In this document: one piece after another, positions 51,979-63,903 of the stretch
Layout: every line of letters starts with the position of its first letter
Numbering within the stretch: the first letter of the stretch is position 1
Assembly: GCF_000327385.1 (NCBI RefSeq)
Contig: NW_008709380.1
Location: forward strand, 1,534,552 to 1,598,551
DNA length: 64,000 nt
Origin: Lottia gigantea
Taxonomy: Eukaryota
Reading direction: 5' to 3'
Position numbers and translations under genes: made by a program
The notes under the pieces: generated by a model
Told to the model about the DNA's origin: nothing
Databases searched by the model: none
Seen by the model: only the letters and a program-made list of their open reading frames with translations

Positions 51979-53781
51979 TCACTTGATGTGACTGGTCAAA
52001 TGGCAGTTAAAATCAACTCTATCTTTACAAGATATCTTACAGATCACACATTTAAATGGATCTGTATCATGCGAATGGAAACCATTGTGTAAGAGATACA
52101 GTGTACAATCTTCAAATATGATATGACAATGCTCACATTTATATACCTTTCCCTTCATCAATAGATAGCTAACGAGAGCTTGGTCTTCAGCATCATTCTG
52201 TTGGTCCTTGGGTAAAGTTGGTATGGAGGAGGTTGACTGAGGCATCTCCTGTTCACTGCTGGTACTACTGCTGTACCGTCTCATAGGATGACGCTGTTTC
52301 CTAGAACTGGATGATGGCATCATTCTGGTATTAAGATTTAATCTCTCAATAGAAGCTTTGGTCTGTTCGTCACTTTGGTTTTCAGCTCCATCAGGTGATT
52401 GAGAACCAGTGTCACTGGACTCACCAGAGGGAATTTGTATCTGATTCGACACATTCACCTCCATGTCCAGTTCATTGTTATGTTGTCTTTCTTCAGCATC
52501 TTCCTCATGTTCTGGCTCAGGTTCATTCTCATGGTCATTTCCTTTGTAGTGGATCATGGATGGTAGCTGAGGTTCTGGCTCCAACCTTCTGATCTGACTA
52601 GTGGTACTCACAACATCATTCCTCTCAATCAAGGGCGAGCTCATCTCAGGTGATTTCAGCTGGGAAGATAAAGCCATACTGGTGAAAAACTGCTGTCTTA
52701 CTCCCAAATATTCTGCTTCTGGCAAGGAGAGCGTTGGAGCTGAGTACATGCTTAAAGGAGCAGGGAAATTTGATGCAAAAGTTGATACTGTTGGAGAACG
52801 AAAGGGCAATATGGATGAAAAAGGAGGAAGCTGTCCTTGACTGGGGTGAAACATGTGTGGTGGAGAGATGTATGAGGTTGAGTCCAGTGACGGAGGTCGT
52901 AAATCATATCCATTCTGTCGATCATCCTCTCTATCATCAAATTCATGTGGACTTCCTCCATTGGAACTAGTCATAGAGTCTTCATACATCAGTGAATCTG
53001 GTAAATTAGGATGACTTGCCATATGTTGCTGAAGTTCTTGCCATTTGGTAAATGTGGCATAACAGACATGACATCTCTGTATGGTATCAGTGAGGTGTCT
53101 TCTCTCATGCATTCTATAGCTTCCGCTTTGAGCAAATTGTCGTCCACATACTTTACAGATATAAGGCTTTTCTCCAGTATGTATTCTTTCATGAGTTCTC
53201 AGGGTGCCGATTTGTGTAAAGCTCTTGCCACAAGATCCACAAGAATAGGGTCGTTCTCCTGTATGTATCCTCTTGTGAGTGCTCAGACTGCTTTGACTAG
53301 AGAATACTTTACCACAGATCTTACATATGACAGGTGGCATCATTTCTAGTTGAAGACGATGTTGGAGAGCAGTATGATTGAGTGGTGAATGTATCATCGG
53401 TGGTCTTGAATCATATGGTTTATTTTCTTTGGGAGAAGCTGGAGACTTGGGTTGACTGGTATGTACTCTTTCATGTTTCTTCCAATTACTAGGATCACTG
53501 AATCGTTTCCCACAAACACCACAGGCAAAAGGTTTCTCCCCAGTATGTAATCTTTCATGAGCTTTGATATAACCTGCTTGAGAAAAAGTCTTACCACAGT
53601 ACCGACAAGCTAACTTACTGCCACAGTTGAGATTGTTCATGTTGACTCCAAGTACTTTATCACTGTCATTATTATTAGTAGTTGGACCCAACCTCTTCAT
53701 ACCATTCATATCTTCATCCTTCTTCATCTCGTTCGGGGACTGTAAATTATGGGGTTCATGTCCATATGTATCTGCCATCAT
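51979..53781 (-). CDS. hb: Single-exon 600-aa C2H2 zinc-finger transcription factor with 2 N-terminal, 4 middle and 2 C-terminal fingers: hunchback-like (Ikaros/Hb family)
   Basis: There is a real ATGATG start at 53781 after an in-frame TAA. The fingers are: N pair CRYCGKTFSQAGYIKAHERLH and CGVCGKRFSDPSNWKKHERVH. The middle four are CKICGKVFSSQSSLSTHKRIHTGERPY, CGSCGKSFTQIGTLRTHERIHTGEKPY, CKVCGRQFAQSGSYRMHERRH and CHVCYATFTKWQELQQHMASH. These resemble the Ikaros F1-F4 / Hb MF1-4 fingers. The C-terminal pair YKCEHCHIIFEDCTLYLLHNGFHSHDTDPFKCVICKISCKDRVDFNCHLTSH is the signature Ikaros/Hunchback dimerisation finger pair (compare Drosophila Hb YECKYCDIFFKDAVLYTIHMGYH...FKCNMCGEKC). A long Ser/acidic linker (EPEHEEDAEE...) separates MF from CF. 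The hunchback call specifically is about 0.55 confident; a C2H2 TF of this family is about 0.9. Confidence 0.8.
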   Translation of the reverse strand: MMADTYGHEPHNLQSPNEMKKDEDMNGMKRLGPTTNNNDSDKVLGVNMNNLNCGSKLACRYCGKTFSQAGYIKAHERLHTGEKPFACGVCGKRFSDPSNWKKHERVHTSQPKSPASPKENKPYDSRPPMIHSPLNHTALQHRLQLEMMPPVICKICGKVFSSQSSLSTHKRIHTGERPYSCGSCGKSFTQIGTLRTHERIHTGEKPYICKVCGRQFAQSGSYRMHERRHLTDTIQRCHVCYATFTKWQELQQHMASHPNLPDSLMYEDSMTSSNGGSPHEFDDREDDRQNGYDLRPPSLDSTSYISPPHMFHPSQGQLPPFSSILPFRSPTVSTFASNFPAPLSMYSAPTLSLPEAEYLGVRQQFFTSMALSSQLKSPEMSSPLIERNDVVSTTSQIRRLEPEPQLPSMIHYKGNDHENEPEPEHEEDAEERQHNNELDMEVNVSNQIQIPSGESSDTGSQSPDGAENQSDEQTKASIERLNLNTRMMPSSSSRKQRHPMRRYSSSTSSEQEMPQSTSSIPTLPKDQQNDAEDQALVSYLLMKGKVYKCEHCHIIFEDCTLYLLHNGFHSHDTDPFKCVICKISCKDRVDFNCHLTSHIK

Positions 53782-54739
53782 GTTTTCGGTTTTTAGTTAT
53801 GGTCTTGTAGCGTCAGGAAAGGGTAGCAGGTGGGGAGGGAAGGCATCTGTACCTGAAATATAGAAAATATAAATTTTAGATGAAGAGAATAGAAAAACTT
53901 CTTGTCCATTCATACCGGTATTGGCCTACCCAAATAGAGTAGAAACTGTCAAGATCTGAAACCAAAATAACCAACTAGAATTAAAAGTAAAAATCTGCGG
54001 TATCAGTTTTGAGTAATTATTTGGCTAGTTACATGAGAAATTAGTACCATTCCTTGCTTTTGTAGTACAAAACAAGTCAACGATGTCAGCCTACATAGTC
54101 ATCATCATTACATAAATTTCTAACAAGTCTTGTCATTTATATTAATCATAAACGCCTACTAACACTGCACACGTTACAAAACTTGGCATGTCACATCATT
54201 AGACAACTTACACGAGACAAGAAAAAAATAATTTAAACAGTTTCATTGTGAAATTCTCTTGCCATTGACCTTCCCTGTAACATTTTAGAACTCAAAACTT
54301 ATATGAGGAATCATATCTAAACTATATGAAATTACAATTTTTAATTATGATGACACATAGCCAAAAGATCAAAATTCTTCATTAAGTCAGCTTTCACATT
54401 TAATTACATGGTATTCTGAACTTAATGGCAACCCAATAATCAATTCATTCAGTCAATTTTCTTTCATTTCATCACCGTGTTTCATATTTCAAATTTATAT
54501 ACCGGTAACAAAGGTAGAACAAATGTTAATCTAATTGGTATTCAATTTTCAGAGACTCAACAACTCCTATTATAATTAATATCAAGTGACACAATATAAA
54601 GGTACTAATTGCATCCATCATTGCAAACGCGCTAGAATATCTCCAATAACATGCACATTTTAAATGAATACACAGGATGTGTAAGATTGATGGAAAAAAT
54701 AAATATATAGACCCAGAATATGTTAAAAGAATTTTTGTG

Positions 54740-54795
54740 AAGGGGGGACAGGATGGGGGGTGGGGGACAGGATAGGGGGAGGGAGGACTTGAAAA
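54740..54795 (+). other. G-tract cluster (GGGGGGACAGGATGGGGGGTGGGGGACAGGATAGGGGGAGGGAGG): potential G-quadruplex ~1 kb upstream of the hunchback-like ATG
   Basis: Direct reading: at least 5 runs of G>=4 within 50 bp. Its complement produces the spurious Pro-rich ORF 54526-54837. Confidence 0.5.
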
Positions 54796-56084
54796 ATTCA
54801 GACACTTAGAGTTTTGTTCCCATTGATTACAATTCATTTGATCGTTAAATATATAAGAAATAGTTTGCTTGATTTGTACAATGTTTCATAAACCTTGAAG
54901 TAGATAGCTGTAGTAGGTTACATACATTTTAGTAGGTTGCATTTTAGAACTAAATATTTGTGTCATTTGTAGACAAGGTACAAATTTTAAACCTTCAAAA
55001 AAAAAATAACTCACAAAGCATACATTGACAACACTGAAATTGATCTCACACCAAACTATCTTATATATCAAATCACTGAGTTAAGACAAAAATTGAAGTT
55101 TTACCAATAAATGTTTCTGGGTGAATCAATATTGTAAATTCCACAACTGCACAACTTAGTCCTTTTTTCTCTCAACTTTTGTTATATCAAACATTTTGTA
55201 CCAAGACAGACTGTGAGAAGAAGGTCATGGCAAATCAAAAGAAAGGGTTTAGATGTGGCACAACATGTAATCTTTGATAAATATTTTATTGTCTTAGTAA
55301 TCACATCGTTGTTGAACTATTGTTACTAAAATGATACATATTTACTTTCATCAATGTGTCAACACAATACACAAAATCTAGGTGTATTTGTATAATCAGT
55401 GTTATATAGCCCATCAAACATTCCAAATAAATAAATACATGTATACACTTTATTTAATGATTTAAGATTTACTCTACAAACATGGTGTATATATATCATC
55501 AAGTATAGGTTTTGTACGAGTAAACTTATTTAATAGTTTACTGATAGTAAATGTTAGGAAAATCTTTTTATGAAATACAAATTATGCCTAATAGACACTG
55601 TTATTCTAGTAAGTAACACCAATATAATTGTCGAAATATTTGCATAAGCAGCTGATACTGTACATAATTGCAGATATCTATCATTTTTCAGAATTAAAAT
55701 CTGAGGTGCAGTTCTTCTGTAATTTTCCATAGATCTGAAGACTGTCCTGTCATTACTTGTCAGAACTAAAAACATTTGCAAACTTTATAATAATAATATA
55801 ATATGATCAGACATTGTTTTAACCACCCATTATTTTTTTAATTCCCACTTAAAGGTTTTGTCTATAACCTTACTGAACTACTCCACTGAATAGATACCAG
55901 TATTTCTATTTAGAAATATTTATTTCTATCTTTAAATCCATTATCTTCAGGATACAAGTTGCACCTAACTTTTCTTTTCTATAAATGTTCTTGAAGATTG
56001 TTTACCTATAAAGATACTAGACATCTGATTCTATTTATGATAAAGTTAAATTAAAATGAAATTACATAAAATGGACCTTGAGGT

Positions 56085-56400
56085 TGTGAACCTGGTTGGG
56101 CTATACCATGCAGTGTGCAATGATGGAAATCAACTAAAATTAACTTACTCTTTCAATTTCAAGGAGATCTCAGAGTCTTGGTTTATTGTACCATTCCAAC
56201 AACTAGACATGTGCCGTTTTCCATGACAGTCCTTCCAACCTGCATTACTGATAGTGAAAGCAGGTTGAAATATCTAAAGGTATTATTTCAGATAATGCTG
56301 GAATCCAACCCTGAACTTTCAGTTTAGCTAGCAACCATCTAACACACTGTGTTGTCGATGACCCCAAATTACAGATAAAAGTCAACAGTTGTCATAATAC
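56085..56400 (+). mobile_element. SINE-like family A, 5'-truncated copy
   Basis: GGGCTATACCATGCAGTGTGCAATGATGGAAA…TTAACTTACTCTTTCAATTTC…GGTTTATTGTACCATTCCAAC is collinear with the 34800-34960 copy. Confidence 0.5.
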
Positions 56401-57951
56401 CTGCTTCTACTAGCCAATAAAACTCATGAATTTCATAATGGGAATCCATCTTTAATGTGTCTCTGAATATCTCACTTCTTTTTAAATGAAAGTGAATAAC
56501 CTGCCTAGTTAATTCCAGACTATTATAGTTGGAGGCAAAGCTTTGTCAGAAGTTTTTTTAAAACATGTATTTCTCTAAAGATCTATATAATTTCTGCAAA
56601 GAATAATATCCACTCTCTTTCCTTTTTTTTATGTAAAAAGCCTAAGGATGTAAAAGTATAATTTCAAAATCTCAGTATATAAAGAGTGACTTTAAAACCA
56701 TGTTAGTACTGGTACATGTACATTAATGTCTCAAATAAAAACCTATATATATGTTTCAGAGCAGCTTGACACAATCAGAAATAGAACTTATATCTCTGAG
56801 TTTTTAAAACATGTATATCATATTAAAAGATGACAGTGTCAGACTATTTTATTAGATGAGTAGAGGAGAAATTTACAAGAATTCAATTTATTCTCGACAG
56901 ACAGTTTCACGATATTTAATATTGTGCATGTCAATGATGCATTTCTCAATGTCTTATTAGATTTTCAATTTATCAATTTCCAGAATATGTAGAATACTTG
57001 TCTATATATTGAATAAGTGCAATTTAAATTAATTCAGAGAGTCTTGTCTGCATGAAACATTATAATTCAGTTTTTTGTAATAACATATCTCTTCAAAAGA
57101 AAAAAATTTCTGAATATCAATGTTTATATAATGTCTTTAATTGAGCTCAAGGACACTAAATCTAATAAAACATGATGATCAAACTATGTTGGTGTCAGAG
57201 GAGTAAGGGTTGTTTTCATCAGAAAGGGAATCTGTGGCGTGTGGATACAGGGCCACACGGATGGCTGCCAAATCTGTGGCTTAGCTAAGATTTTGTTGAT
57301 GTTAGAGAGTCACGGTGGAGGGTATTGGTGGCCTCTCCCTGGTAAGCTGTTGAAGTGACAGTAGAATAATTTTTGATTTTTGATGGTCCAAATGGGGGGA
57401 GGAATAATGACCCAAAATAGCACTGTCTGAATATGCCCTGAAGGAAATGTTTCTCGTATTCTCAATATCAAATAACTTCACGTAGCCATATTTGATTCAT
57501 GGTGTTCTCTCTAGGTTTTATGGAATATCATGGAGATGTTGAGCATCTTGTACTTGATGGATGCTACAGAAAAAGCGTAGGCTTACTCAATGAATATATT
57601 TACATTTCTTAAAGTTAATGTTTGGGATATCTTTACAATCACAGGAGCTATCAGATAAACCTTTTCACGCTGCACATAAATCTGTAGGTTTTTGATTGCA
57701 TTGTGAGATAAATTTTATGATAAATATTTGATAATTTGATAAATGCTAATATTTTCACTTATAGTTTCAAATTTGTCTATATTATATATAGAATTACAGG
57801 AAATGTTCAGCATTCTCTCACCTATTTTTACAAGCTACCTACAACATTCATCATATTATCTTCAATGTCAAACTATTACAATCTTCATACTTATATACTT
57901 ATACCTTGACTACAATAGTCACCTTTCTTGCTTCATGAAATGTTGTAAATG

Positions 57952-58085
57952 CAGTGATTTGATTGGATTGTACGCTAGTGAATACAGACAAGTCTGTGAA
58001 CACAAAGCCATAATGTATAAAGCATTTCTGTTGAGGGTTCTGATTGGTTGTAATCCCTGGCGTACAATCCAATCAAATCGCTGCT
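57952..58085. repeat. 25-bp inverted repeat (GCAGTGATTTGATTGGATTGTACGC … GCGTACAATCCAATCAAATCGCTGC) with an ~80-bp spacer; each arm contains an ATTGG/CCAAT core
   Basis: Direct reading. One mismatch between the arms. Confidence 0.7.
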
Positions 58086-59877
58086 ATCCATGATTCAAAA
58101 AAGGTGACAGTCAAGGTATAAGTTCGAAGTTCGTAATAGCTTGACCATGTGAAAATGTCATCATAAATAATAAATTTTCAAAATGTTCAAGAATAATATA
58201 TTCAAAAATATTATTTAAGTACTGTGACTAAAATTACAGATAAAACTGTCATCATAGGCATAATAATATGTTGAGACTGTGTCAGAGTATTGTTTATTTA
58301 ATATTAATAAGGTGTTGGTGTAAATTAATAAATCATTTTAAAACATGAAATATAATATTTACCTATTCATAATTAACTATTCTACATCTTTTTAATAGGC
58401 TACACAATCACTCTCACTGGTTTTCATAATCTGATATTATGGCAATCAGAGAAATAAGATTAAATGAAATCAAATTCATATCTCTTTGTTTAATATTTCA
58501 GTTGGGAGGATAGTTTTGGCAAGATTAGCCTACTCCTGTCGATGAGTTATCACTGAGTTAATGAGTACTATTAAAACTTTAAAAATAAAGCTTGATTTTA
58601 GCAGTTATGAGATTTTAAATCAAACACCTTCATTCCCTACAATTCAACAAAACTGCTTAGATGTTAATACTCTCATCACTTTCAGGCTCTAATTGTTATG
58701 TGCAAGTAATGCTGCTGCAGAAACAATCTGAAATGCTACAATATAACCTATTTCCTTACAAAAAAATCACTAATCTATGGTTTTACGTGATATGTAAGCA
58801 TATTTTGCAATTAGTGAGGTCATCAAACACTGTCCCCATCACACAGAAAAAATTCAGAAAACCTCTTTACAATCCCTATAAAACTATTAACTACAACATA
58901 GAAAAACAAACAGTTCATAGAAAAGGAGGTGACTTTCACCTTACCATGGAAATACATCATCTATATGTTAACAAGAACATACTCATGGGGATGCCACTTA
59001 TAATGGAATTTTGCATGTCTGCATGAACTTGTTAGTCTTACAGCTTTTACAGTGTGTTAATTATGGAATATGTTCTGAAGAAAAGGAAAATTATGTAACA
59101 TTTACATGTTTCAGGCCCTGATGATAGCAATCACACGTAAAGAATTTAATAAGAATTTATCTAAGATAAGTACGGTAACATAAATTGGAGCTATTTATGA
59201 ATGTATAACCACTTTATTTTTTGGATTTGTTTATAAAGTTTACTTTGCTAGAAAACATATTTTATCAAAATATGTTAGTATCTTTCTCTCTATTTTATAC
59301 TGTTAATCAAGGGTTGAAGTATGACACTGGACTGACTCACCTATGTAGTGGCCTTGGCATCAGAATGTTTGTTACATAAAGGTATTGTGCTCATTGTTTG
59401 AGAATCAATACCAATTTCATTCCAATGATCATTACCCTTATAGACAACATAAAATCTATCTTGGCTATATCCATGAAGTCAACAAAATATATTGAGAAAA
59501 TATTTTGCCATTTATGTAAGAATATGCCAAAAACAAAAAAAAATTTTCACTTAATGATGTGACATCATAGACCACTGAATGAAGCCAGACTTTTTCTTCA
59601 TTGGACCATAAATAATATTAATGTCACTACTGTCAAGTGAAAAATAATTGTCAAGTCTTTATACATGTATATAGTTACATAATATATCAGGAAGCTTTGA
59701 CTTTGGAAGCTGCTTCCTTGTGAGAAATTGTGTAACTAGATTGCATTAGACTTCTGCATTTTATTTCATTCATTTCCAAAACAAGTCTACCTTTTGTCTG
59801 ACCTCAAACACCTTTCAAAAGTGGGTACAAGCTCTATGAAGATTTTACCTACATTTCGGCTTACACACTGATTGATG

Positions 59878-59990
59878 TTAAAGGGATGGAAAAGAGGTTT
59901 TCTAAAGTTTTCATTTGTATCCAGGACACTGATAGCATCAATTGCACCATTCCAGTCAGATGTCTGTTGTTCCTGCAGTGAGTTCACTAA
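59878..59990 (+). mobile_element. Dispersed repeat family B copy
   Basis: AAGAGGTTTTCTAAAGTTTTCATTTGTATCCAGGACACTGATAGCATCAATTGCACCATTCCAGTCAGATGTCTG is about 75% identical to 63520-63600 and to the reverse complement of 63705-63805. Confidence 0.55.
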
Positions 59991-61967
59991 TATTGCTCAT
60001 ATTCAATTTTGGCCACTTCACCGCAATTTTCAATAAAGCTGTCTTGATGAAGGTTCTTCATCTGAGGTAAGTGCTGGCAGCATGAGATGAGATTTGGTCC
60101 GTCTTCAACAGAGTTATTTCACTGTAAATTTCCCTTAATAGTTAACCCATATATTTATTCACTATACTAAGTCTATGAGCCTACATAATGGCTGATTTAT
60201 ATGCCCTCAAGAGGCCAACTTCAGACATTTATTTTTTTAAAATAGTTAAATTTTTTATCTAATGACAGAATAATTATGCATCAAAATGTATTAATACATG
60301 TACATATTTAGATTCAACATGAAAATTTGTAACTTGGGACACAATATCTGTCTGATAGATTAAAATAGTTACTAACATTTACTTAACATATCCATTGCTT
60401 AGAATATCACGTCTGATAATCTGACATAGAATTAGAAAAATACTGAAAACAATTAGTATAAAGAACCCAGTGGCAGCCCAGTGGGGGTACAGGGAAGGGG
60501 GGGTCCATTTTAACCCATGAAAAATAGTTTCGTCCAAATCGTTACCCCATTTTCTTTGCTACAAATTCAAAAATATGATTTTGTATGTTTTTGCCCAATA
60601 ATATGTGTTAAATGCAGAAATGCCTCATTTTGAAGTTAGCTTTGACAGTTTACCCCCCATGGAGTGAGCCTGCCCTCTATTTGTATCCCCATTTGTATCC
60701 AACATAAACACAAAAGAAAAGACTCTTGCATAATGATGAAGGAGGTAAAACTCAATTTGTTCAAATACACATTAAAATCAGATGCCTAAAGTATTTGTTA
60801 CACATTAAGGTTTTAATTTGTCTCCGTAATGTTGCAATCTTTCTTCATGACTCAATCTGAGGGTTTCGATCCTCCCATGTCTTCAGGTTTTTCAACCTTG
60901 CTAGTCCATATCAGAGGGGCTTGACATGGAAAAAGCGATGGAAGCATGAAAGGACGCCCCGTGTGATCTAAGAAGCTCTTATGATATACCAATATAAATT
61001 CAATTTGATCACAGAAGCTCAATATAAGCTTTAAAACTAGATTGTTCAAAGATGTAAAATCCAGGTAGTTCAGATGCCTCCCCATGAGTCTCATCTATCT
61101 TCCTAAAGATTGTATTCAATCCTATCATCTTTTTCTATTTCCTTGTTCATAGAGGCATCATCTATAAACAAAATATGTTTGTTATCCAAAATGTCTGCAA
61201 TTTATTAGGCAAGTTTACAAAAATTCTTTGAAATGATCAAGGAAACTTGGCATATGAAGATTGAAAAGATATAAGCCATGACATGTGTTGTACTGGTAGT
61301 ACCAGCTGAAAGAGCTCCATGTCAGGTATTGCAAAGCTCAATTACAGATATTAAAGAGCTTAATTTCAGAAATCCATGCTCACTAGCTAAGATTGCTCTT
61401 AATAAGTATTATCAATGATAATGGATTGGCATCTTCTTTTACAATCAGACATGTTGCAGATGCCAAAAAAATATTGAAATAGTTAATGCTAACATATTGA
61501 TCATATTACAAGACTAACTTAGCAAAAAGACATAAAAAAAAAAGCAAAACTTGTTTGCTTCAACTCAATCATCTCCATTTCAGCAAAAAATATTAAAGAA
61601 AGTTCTAAATACTTTCCCTGTACTTCTACCAAAATTAATTGAACACAATCCAACCCAAATAAAGGTTTTAAAAGTACAAATCAACTGTTGTTATAAAACA
61701 AGAATTTTTATTTTAAAAACTAATGATTTTAACCACAAACAAATGAAGGATGTGAGCCAAATTTAAACTATTGAGTATTGAGAAATAGGAGGTTTGAGAA
61801 ATTGACAACGATCAGTTTTTTAATAAAACTGTCTGGAGGTGATTAAGACTATTTACAATTAAACTGGAAAATAAACTCTTAAATAGTTATCAGAATTTGA
61901 GAAGAAATATTTGTAAAAGGATTGCTAATTTGGAAGCAGTGAGACTTACTTACATATAAATAACTGA

Positions 61968-62112
61968 CACAATTTTATGGTATACAACTCCTTAGTTTTA
62001 TTACACGCTATGTTTCAACAATCTACATATCATCTTCAGGTGACGATGACAATGTAGATTGTTGAAACGTCATGTGTAACAAAACTAAGGAGTAGTATAC
62101 CATAAAATTGTG
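61968..62112. repeat. Near-perfect 61-bp inverted repeat (arms ~90% identical) with a 23-bp loop; hairpin or MITE-like element flanked by 13-bp direct repeats TTACTTACATATA (61947, 62159)
   Basis: The left arm is CACAATTTTATGGTATACAACTCCTTAGTTTTATTACACGCTATGTTTCAACAATCTACAT. The reverse complement of the right arm is CACAATTTTATGGTATACTACTCCTTAGTTTTGTTACACATGACGTTTCAACAATCTACAT. Confidence 0.75.
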
Positions 62113-63511
62113 TTTGTTATTTAATGTGATCTCTACCCCTAAACGTCGCTAAAGGATTACTTACATATAGACATTTGACATCAAAAGTCGACTTTTTTTT
62201 CATAATTTTGACCAACATTTTTCCTATTGATGCATCAGCCATCTTAGGCATTGATGGGTCTTAAAAAAATATTATATGATGATGAAAATATTTCTTACTA
62301 TGGCTTCAATGGCTTGTTTTAATCTTTCATTTTTGAAATCATCACTATGATATGATATCACTACATGTATCATATGTATATCTATATATAGCACTATGTG
62401 TATCATATTAGTATATATAAATATAATATATCATGTATCATACCATGACCCAAATAATAATAGCAAGTACTACTAGGTTAATTCTCTATGATAGAATACC
62501 ACTGGTTCTTGCCAGATTATTTTCAGACAGTTGATATTCTGTTCAATAAAACATTAGATTATGTACTGGAGTAAAAAGCAGGTTTGTGCAGTGAGAAGTA
62601 CTCTATCTATCACATAAAGTAAACTGAATATTGATTATAGCCCAGCAATTCTATAGAAACTTATACCAATAGTCTACTAGTACCGTTTTTAACCTCCTAT
62701 ACAACTCAGACGTGCATTCATATATAACTATTGGTAGTCGATTGTAACTAGTTCTTTCTCTAGAAAAATCATGTACCAAGACAAAGGGTGTTTGTGCACA
62801 ACAATCATTTTCTTGTGTCAGACTAATTTTATGAGCATAGATTCTAAGTTCCCCCTAAATAATTCCTAGCTCTCATGTTTATCAGACAGGCAAATTTACC
62901 TTTTGAAATATAAATAATGATACAATAAAGACCCTGCTTATAAAATACCCAATTTGTTAAGGGTAAAGGATGTCCACCAAGTTGAATAGTATTTCTACTA
63001 GTGAAACTATAATATGATCAGATTTTTCTGGAATGACTAATACAGAGAGGAAAAGACTATTTAGCATGTCCTTCATATTTTTTGTAGAATAAGCTTCTCG
63101 GTGCATGCATTCTTGGCACCCACTAAAGGGTCTGTACCCACTTCATCTTCAGCTTCAATTTTGTTCCTCAGAATTCAAATCTAACCCATATACCATAACC
63201 TTGCATTGAACTTTATTCCAGACATTAGTATTGAAGTAACATGCAAGATATTGATTTACTTTTACTAGTTATATTTATACACTTTCTATATCTTTGCCCT
63301 ACTTAATGATCCATATCTGAAATTTGAATCCTTTCCATTTGAAGAAAGTGAGAAACCGACGTGGTTTTAGCACCTCAAAAAGTGGCAATGCCCTTTACTG
63401 GATTCTAAATTGGACTTAATTCCATTTTAAAAATCATTCTTAATCCTCTTTTGGAATCAATTTATCTTGGAATCTGACCTATTTTAGACATAAATCTTTT
63501 GGGCTAAAAGG

Positions 63512-63810
63512 GATTGTTAAGAGGTTTTCTAAATTTTTTATGTGTATCGGACACATTGATTACACATCAATTAGCACCATTCCAACTTTCAATCAGACTT
63601 CTGTGGTGCCTACAATTTCATTAAACTAAGTCTTTGGTGATGTCATTAATCATGAATAGCCTTATGTGATAAAACATATTTATTTTGCAAATAGTGACGA
63701 ATTGCATGAACCACAGACTTCTGACTTAAAATTGGAATGGTGCAAATTGATTCTATCAGTGTAACCAATACACATGAAAAATTTAGAAAACCTTGGAAGT
63801 CTGTAGTTAT
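63512..63810. mobile_element. Two family B copies in inverted orientation (63512-63612 forward, 63700-63810 reverse) around a ~90-bp spacer: a foldback or MITE-like structure
   Basis: The reverse complement of 63705-63805 is CTACAGACTTCCAAGGTTTTCTAAATTTTTCATGTGTATTGGTTACACTGATAGAATCAATTTGCACCATTCCAATTTTAAGTCAGAAGTCTGTGG. This matches 63518-63612 in the same order. Confidence 0.55.
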
Positions 63811-63903
63811 GTTGAATAAAAGAAAATAGAGCAGGATTTCTGACATTATATGAGACTAGTTCATTGCTTTAAAATTTGCAATTTCTTTCTAAGTTTAAAA
63901 TAA

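Noticed and set aside
52395-53349. Several plus-strand ORFs (52395-52592, 52601-52840, 52734-52970, 53011-53349)
   Set aside because: All are antisense to the 600-aa zinc-finger CDS. None has recognisable homology.
54526-54837. Pro-rich 103-aa ORF
   Set aside because: It is the complement of the G-tract cluster. This is a composition artefact.
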